64,000 nucleotides of DNA, from positions 3,259-67,258 of IMG/VR virus record IMGVR_UViG_3300037809_000520. One strand, given 5' to 3'. Positions 59,865 through 64,000 of this stretch are shown piece by piece (the first letter of the stretch is position 1; each line of letters starts with the position of its first letter). This DNA is from a virus. Below the pieces are notes generated by a model, which had not been told where the DNA came from, did no database searches, and saw nothing but the letters and a program-made list of their open reading frames with translations. Position numbers and translations under genes: made by a program.

Positions 59865-59877
59865 ATTAGTTTATCTT

Positions 59878-60054
59878 TTAAAGATTTTCTGGGGGTATAG
59901 AATTAATATATTGAGATTCTGCTTCTTCTTGCTCTTTATATAGTTTTTCTTTATCTTCATTTGTTAAACTATCCCACCAAGCATTATAATTAGCAGTCAT
60001 TTCTTCTTGAGTAATAGGGGTACCTAATTCTTCTTGTTCTTTTGCAGTATTCAT
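59878..60054 (-). CDS. Small acidic hypothetical protein (58 aa, not in ORF track)
   Basis: MNTAKEQEELG...AWWDSL...; AAAAGTTATG start context. Confidence 0.5.
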   Translation of the reverse strand: MNTAKEQEELGTPITQEEMTANYNAWWDSLTNEDKEKLYKEQEEAESQYINSIPPENL

Positions 60055-60070
60055 AACTTTTTTTTATTTA

Positions 60071-60271
60071 TTAACAATCCCAATCATATGCCGCAATTTG
60101 CAAACAAAGTAGTGGTGAAGAAGATGGAGATGCTTTCATTTCTTTCAAGGCAGTATAAATAACCTCAATTTGCAACCCACATCGTTCTACATTATTCCAT
60201 ATTTCAAGAATTTGGGTCATTTCATCTTCTTTAATCTTCTCTAAGAAATCTTTTTTAAATTGTGGTAACAT
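60071..60271 (-). CDS. Small hypothetical protein
   Basis: 66-aa ORF behind promoter at 60290. Confidence 0.55.
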   Translation of the reverse strand: MLPQFKKDFLEKIKEDEMTQILEIWNNVERCGLQIEVIYTALKEMKASPSSSPLLCLQIAAYDWDC

Positions 60272-60289
60272 ATCTTTATTTATTATACG

Positions 60290-60321
60290 TGAATATACGA
60301 CTTTTATTTGGATTTACCAAA
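60290..60321 (-). promoter_or_regulatory. Bacteroidota-type promoter
   Basis: TTTG-N20-TATATTCA. Confidence 0.65.
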
Positions 60322-60350
60322 TTTTAATGTTATTAAATTGTTAATTTTTT

Positions 60351-60578
60351 TTAATCAAGCTTTACGCCATTCTCAAGCATCAACTCTCTGAGATGTTCTC
60401 TACACTTCTGATAGGTTTCGTATTTGTCCTCACTATATTCTGAATCGGGCATATATTTGTATTGTGCTCTCAGCCATTGGTCCATTTCCCACAATACGGA
60501 ATGCATATTTAAACCTTGAGTTGCCATATCGAACTCACGTGAATCTTCAGGTAGATTGAATTCTAAGATTGCTTTCAT
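60351..60578 (-). CDS. Small hypothetical phage protein
   Basis: MKAILEFNLPED...LWEMDQWLR..YKY. Confidence 0.65.
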   Translation of the reverse strand: MKAILEFNLPEDSREFDMATQGLNMHSVLWEMDQWLRAQYKYMPDSEYSEDKYETYQKCREHLRELMLENGVKLD

Positions 60579-60601
60579 TACTTTATATTTTTTATTACAT
60601 G

Positions 60602-60634
60602 GTAAATATACGAAGGCCCCCTTGAAAAGCCAAA
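60602..60634 (-). promoter_or_regulatory. Bacteroidota-type promoter
   Basis: TTTG-N20-TATATTTA. Confidence 0.7.
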
Positions 60635-60638
60635 TTTT

Positions 60639-60812
60639 TTAATAAGTTCTTAGATGCTTTAATGTAAATTTTAAATTGCTATTTTCTTCTTTTAACTTAG
60701 CATTGTTTGCTTTCTGTTGGTCTATTTCTTTTCTCATTCCCAAAATAGCAGACTTATAACTTTCAACTTTATCTTGAAGTTTATTTATTTTCTTCCTATT
60801 AAAAAGATCCAT
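60639..60812 (-). CDS. Small coiled-coil protein (57 aa, not in ORF track)
   Basis: MDLFNRKKINKLQDKVE... Confidence 0.45.
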   Translation of the reverse strand: MDLFNRKKINKLQDKVESYKSAILGMRKEIDQQKANNAKLKEENSNLKFTLKHLRTY

Positions 60813-60816
60813 AAAT

Positions 60817-60954
60817 TTATTTAATAATTTCCCACTTAAAAGGATTTCTATTTCTTTGGTATTGCTTCATAAGCCACTCTAAACGATCGGTTTTAATTTG
60901 CATTAAGTCAACTCTTCCACTTTCAATTTCAGTGATTTTTATTTTATATAACAT
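60817..60954 (-). CDS. Small hypothetical protein (45 aa, not in ORF track)
   Basis: MLYKIKITEIESG...QYQRNRNPFKWEIIK. Confidence 0.5.
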   Translation of the reverse strand: MLYKIKITEIESGRVDLMQIKTDRLEWLMKQYQRNRNPFKWEIIK

Positions 60955-61026
60955 TGTTTTTAATTTTAATTAGGTCGTCTCGAAACTTCTCTTCCACACA
61001 ATATAACATCTATACATACGTATATA

Positions 61027-61392
61027 TTATGATATCTCCAAACCAATACGACCAGTTGTTTTTAAATAGTATGAACTTGCGGGTATTGTGGTAGTAGGGG
61101 TAAATCCAAAACGACCCCCATCACCAAATACACTTATAGAAAACCCATAGAGATTTTCAATTAATGACCCTTCATCAACCGAAAGTGAAAAGCCGCCGAA
61201 TGTGCCTAAACATGAGGTTTGTGTGGTAAGAGATTGATTGGCAGTTGAGTTAGCTTCCAGTGTAAAGTAAGCTACCGAACCAATTGTCGTCGGTGTATTT
61301 TCTAATTCGAATGTGTAAGTAACTCCGGCCGTCAGATCTGACGTTCCTAAAGTACCACTTCCATCTAATGATGAGCTGGGATATATTGGCAT
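61027..61392 (-). CDS. Ser/Thr/Gly-rich hypothetical protein, possibly virion-associated
   Basis: TATTTATC variant motif at 61409-61416 upstream. Confidence 0.5.
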   Translation of the reverse strand: MPIYPSSSLDGSGTLGTSDLTAGVTYTFELENTPTTIGSVAYFTLEANSTANQSLTTQTSCLGTFGGFSLSVDEGSLIENLYGFSISVFGDGGRFGFTPTTTIPASSYYLKTTGRIGLEIS

Positions 61393-61416
61393 AATTCTAT
61401 TGTTTTATGATAAATA

Positions 61417-61821
61417 TCACGTTTTGTGGGTTCCGTTTATAATTTCCGAAGAACTTAAGCCTTCGAAGCGAGGCACATACAACATAGATTTGGCCCACTC
61501 CTTACCTATAATTCTCTTATCCCTATACTCCTCACCAATTACAAAAACATCCGGGGAGAAGTGTTTGATTGTAGCTGCTAGCTCCTCATCCGAACCAAAA
61601 GGTATTACCGTACGAATGTATTTAATTGCTTGGAGGAATATTATTCTATTAGCTAAAGTATTCACCGGACGACAGAAGCCCTTCATCTCTCGAATGCGCT
61701 CATCTGAGTCTATTCCCACCACTACATCTCCTCCTTGCTCCCAAGCTTTTTTAAATAGTTGGATGTGCCCCGCATGGAGCACATCAAAACAACCATTTAA
61801 CCATGTTACTTTAGTTGGCAT
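61417..61821 (-). CDS. Cytidylyltransferase-family protein (RfaE domain II-like)
   Basis: NGCFDVLHAGH, VVGIDSD.R....KG..RP.N, PD.FV.G.EY, SSS.II. Confidence 0.85.
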   Translation of the reverse strand: MPTKVTWLNGCFDVLHAGHIQLFKKAWEQGGDVVVGIDSDERIREMKGFCRPVNTLANRIIFLQAIKYIRTVIPFGSDEELAATIKHFSPDVFVIGEEYRDKRIIGKEWAKSMLYVPRFEGLSSSEIINGTHKT

Positions 61822-62626
61822 ATGCTAATGCTACTTCAAATAACTCTTTATTTATTCGCATGTCTTGCTTGAAGTTCTTTATCTCACGTGCTTTTCGTGC
61901 TTTACCACCTGCGCGGTAATCGAAGTCACCCGTTACTATTTTTTCTTGAACTACATTAAATACTGACCAAAGATCTGATCCTTCATCTTCCTTCCTAACT
62001 GGTTGGATAAGTACATCATAATCAATTTCAATACGCTTCATTTCTTCTTTTGAAAACCTAGTATTAATAGCTTCTTGAGCAAAGGCAATAATTTGCTGCT
62101 CCGTTAGCTCCTGCTCCTTCATTCGATTCATTGACTCTACTGTCAATGGAAGCCTTTCAACCATGTCTTTAATTAGATCTTGTAGATCCTCAAATGAATA
62201 ACCCATATGACGCATTTTAACGTCTTCAAATTGAGCATCTGCAATAACTAATCCATTTGAGCAAACCAAACGATAGAGACCTGCTTGGAATTGGAAGGAA
62301 TTCTTCCCATCATGCGAATTAGTCATTAGGATTTGTGGAAATACTGTATCACCATCATCACCATTAATAACAACATCATCATTTCTAAACACTAGTAAGT
62401 GCTTTTGAAAACCTTTCGTTGAGCGCTTACGAGCTTTCACTTCTTTAGCTTCAATTGGCTTCCAACCTAGAAGCTCCATATCATCAATTACACGCTCCGT
62501 TGGAATGTGTGTGTAGTGTTTTGAAACCTCACTACTTGGCTCATTTGCAAATACTGATGGAGCTAAGCTCGCAATGTTTGCTTTTGTTAAATACTTTGCT
62601 GTTTGCAAATCTTCTGAATTCATCAT
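61811..62626 (-). CDS. DUF932/DUF945-family protein
   Basis: APSVFA, Y..IPT, NSHDG..SFQ..AGLYRLVC.NGLV, DLWSVFN.VQE. Confidence 0.8.
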   Translation of the reverse strand: MMNSEDLQTAKYLTKANIASLAPSVFANEPSSEVSKHYTHIPTERVIDDMELLGWKPIEAKEVKARKRSTKGFQKHLLVFRNDDVVINGDDGDTVFPQILMTNSHDGKNSFQFQAGLYRLVCSNGLVIADAQFEDVKMRHMGYSFEDLQDLIKDMVERLPLTVESMNRMKEQELTEQQIIAFAQEAINTRFSKEEMKRIEIDYDVLIQPVRKEDEGSDLWSVFNVVQEKIVTGDFDYRAGGKARKAREIKNFKQDMRINKELFEVALAYAN

Positions 62627-62664
62627 AACTTTTATTTATTTAATTTATACAATTTTTATTTCTA

Positions 62665-62732
62665 ACCTCATTTACCCTGTAAATATACGAATGCTTCCTC
62701 GAGAAGCCAAGTGCTTCACCGGAAGTCTTTAA
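62665..62732 (-). repeat. 68-bp promoter-containing intergenic repeat, copy 1
   Basis: Aligns without gaps to 63106-63173; contains TTGG...CGTATATTTAC. Confidence 0.85.
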
Positions 62733-63067
62733 GATTTCTTCAATAATGAAGGTGAAACATTAATCATTTGATTATTATCTCTGTCTCTAACCTTAATGTT
62801 ATTGCTCATAATTTTAATAATTTCAAATGTTCGAATGGGATCGACTTTTTTATGCATGATAAATACTACCTCACCAACTTGAAAATCATCTTTTCCCAAT
62901 CTAGCGGGAGCTTCACCTACTTGGGCTTTCATTGTGGCTCTTAAACCACCTGAATCATAACGAATGGTACCTAATGATATAGTAACACCATAATCTCTTT
63001 CTAATTGATCTACGGCTTTTTGAAAATCACCTCTAAATCTTTTAACATCATTTTTTGTTAAACTCAT
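62729..63067 (-). CDS. Hypothetical protein flanked by the 68-bp repeats
   Basis: 112-aa ORF; YGVTISLG.IRY. Confidence 0.65.
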   Translation of the reverse strand: MSLTKNDVKRFRGDFQKAVDQLERDYGVTISLGTIRYDSGGLRATMKAQVGEAPARLGKDDFQVGEVVFIMHKKVDPIRTFEIIKIMSNNIKVRDRDNNQMINVSPSLLKKS

Positions 63068-63105
63068 AACTTTTATTAATTTTTATTAGTATTTGTGCTT
63101 TTTGC

Positions 63106-63173
63106 ACCTCATTTACATCGTAAATATACGAAGGATCCCTCGCTTCTCCAAGCGATTCACCGGAAGTCTTTAA
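63106..63173 (-). repeat. 68-bp promoter-containing intergenic repeat, copy 2
   Basis: Shares acctcatttac, gtaaatatacgaa, ccaag and ttcaccggaagtctttaa with copy 1. Confidence 0.85.
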
Positions 63174-63710
63174 AGAGCTAATGCAAATACAATAATCATC
63201 ACAATAATATACAAGGCTCCACTTATGTCTATACGTTTTCTCATGCTGATAGATACGAAGCGGGTGGCAATTATCCACATCTTTAATATTACGCTTTGGT
63301 GACGTATTACTATATAAGTATATATTTTATCGATAGTGAAGTCTTTTAGTACTCTACAAATGCGCCCCTGCGGGTTTTTGAGGCCCTTATCCTATATGGC
63401 CTTTAATATAATATATTTGTATATACCATCGATGCTTTAGAGTTATACTCGATCTAAAAAGCCCGCTACACCCTTTTTGACGCATATCCACGCGCGATGG
63501 ACGGCGGCACATCGTGGGTTATTATTACGTACATACGCCGTACGCCGCACGAACAATTATAGTTATTATATGTGTGTAGGTAAGTACCCAGTAGGTTATA
63601 ATTATACATTACCATATAGTAAGGTACCCACCACGGTAGGTTATGTCACCGCAGGAGTACCTATAGTGATTATAATAACCACTTATTATTTATTGTGTAC
63701 CGTATTAAAT

Positions 63711-64000
63711 CTACTGTACTTGGTACGCACACTCAACTGGCCTACGATAACCATCATACTGATAATTACCATTGTCAATCACCACTCCATCACATATTGC
63801 CAAGGCATGTCCACTAACACCAACAATGTATTTACCTTTCTTAAAATCTTGGGCAAATGCTTTAACAGTGTATGCAACCGGCTTATGATTGTAACGTGGG
63901 TTACACATATCACCACCTTGTTTTGGACCATGTCCAAAGAACCTTAATTCTCTAGTAATGCCTTCATTAAATAAATCAAGCTGGCCCACCTCATCAAACG
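63711..64000 (-). CDS. Partial CDS (5' end outside window); possible papain/C39-like peptidase fold
   Basis: Frame open to window edge; GKYIV.V.GHA.A..DG..ID. Confidence 0.45.
   Translation of the reverse strand, partial: FDEVGQLDLFNEGITRELRFFGHGPKQGGDMCNPRYNHKPVAYTVKAFAQDFKKGKYIVGVSGHALAICDGVVIDNGNYQYDGYRRPVECAYQVQ

Noticed and set aside
7269-63947. All plus-strand ORFs in the track (e.g. 7269-7526, 8988-9350, 33869-34261, 54048-54524, 61400-61828, 63477-63947)
   Set aside because: Almost all are antisense shadows of well-supported minus-strand genes, Ser/Phe/Ile-rich, with no motifs or start context
1-64000. Stop-codon reassignment
   Set aside because: Long genes are intact in the standard code, and TAA, TGA and TAG all end genes at sensible boundaries; no suppressor tRNA seen

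Overview
This window is 64 kb of an AT-rich, T4-like (myovirus) phage genome with essentially all real genes on the minus strand. It carries the head module (gp17 terminase, gp20 portal, gp21 protease, scaffold, gp23 major capsid, gp13/14-like neck), a baseplate module (gp5-like, gp25, gp6 and a 2665-aa wedge-like protein with a Hint domain), a gp55-like late sigma factor, primase, exonuclease, PhoH, tRNA-Arg and tRNA-Leu. TTTG-N20-TATATTTA promoters, A-rich start regions without Shine-Dalgarno motifs, an Hc1-like protein and a T9SS-CTD-like tail point to a Bacteroidota host (inference). The most notable signals are four. (1) An apparent capsid-cargo system: a tandem array of unrelated small genes sharing an N-terminal MxxF[DN]LKKYLAE tag, plus polyproteins whose domains are separated by gp21-type [ILVM]-x-E sites, including an 852-aa NTase/ART-like/zincin/HAD chain. 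(2) An amidinotransferase plus soluble pyruvoyl decarboxylase plus PhoH operon directly after the capsid gene. (3) A tRNA-like RNA with a UAU anticodon-type loop, no D-arm in the normal place and a D-loop-like element 3' of the anticodon arm. (4) A late-promoter-like TATTTATA motif that is the reverse complement of the T4 late promoter. All functional calls come from motifs read by eye; no database search was run.
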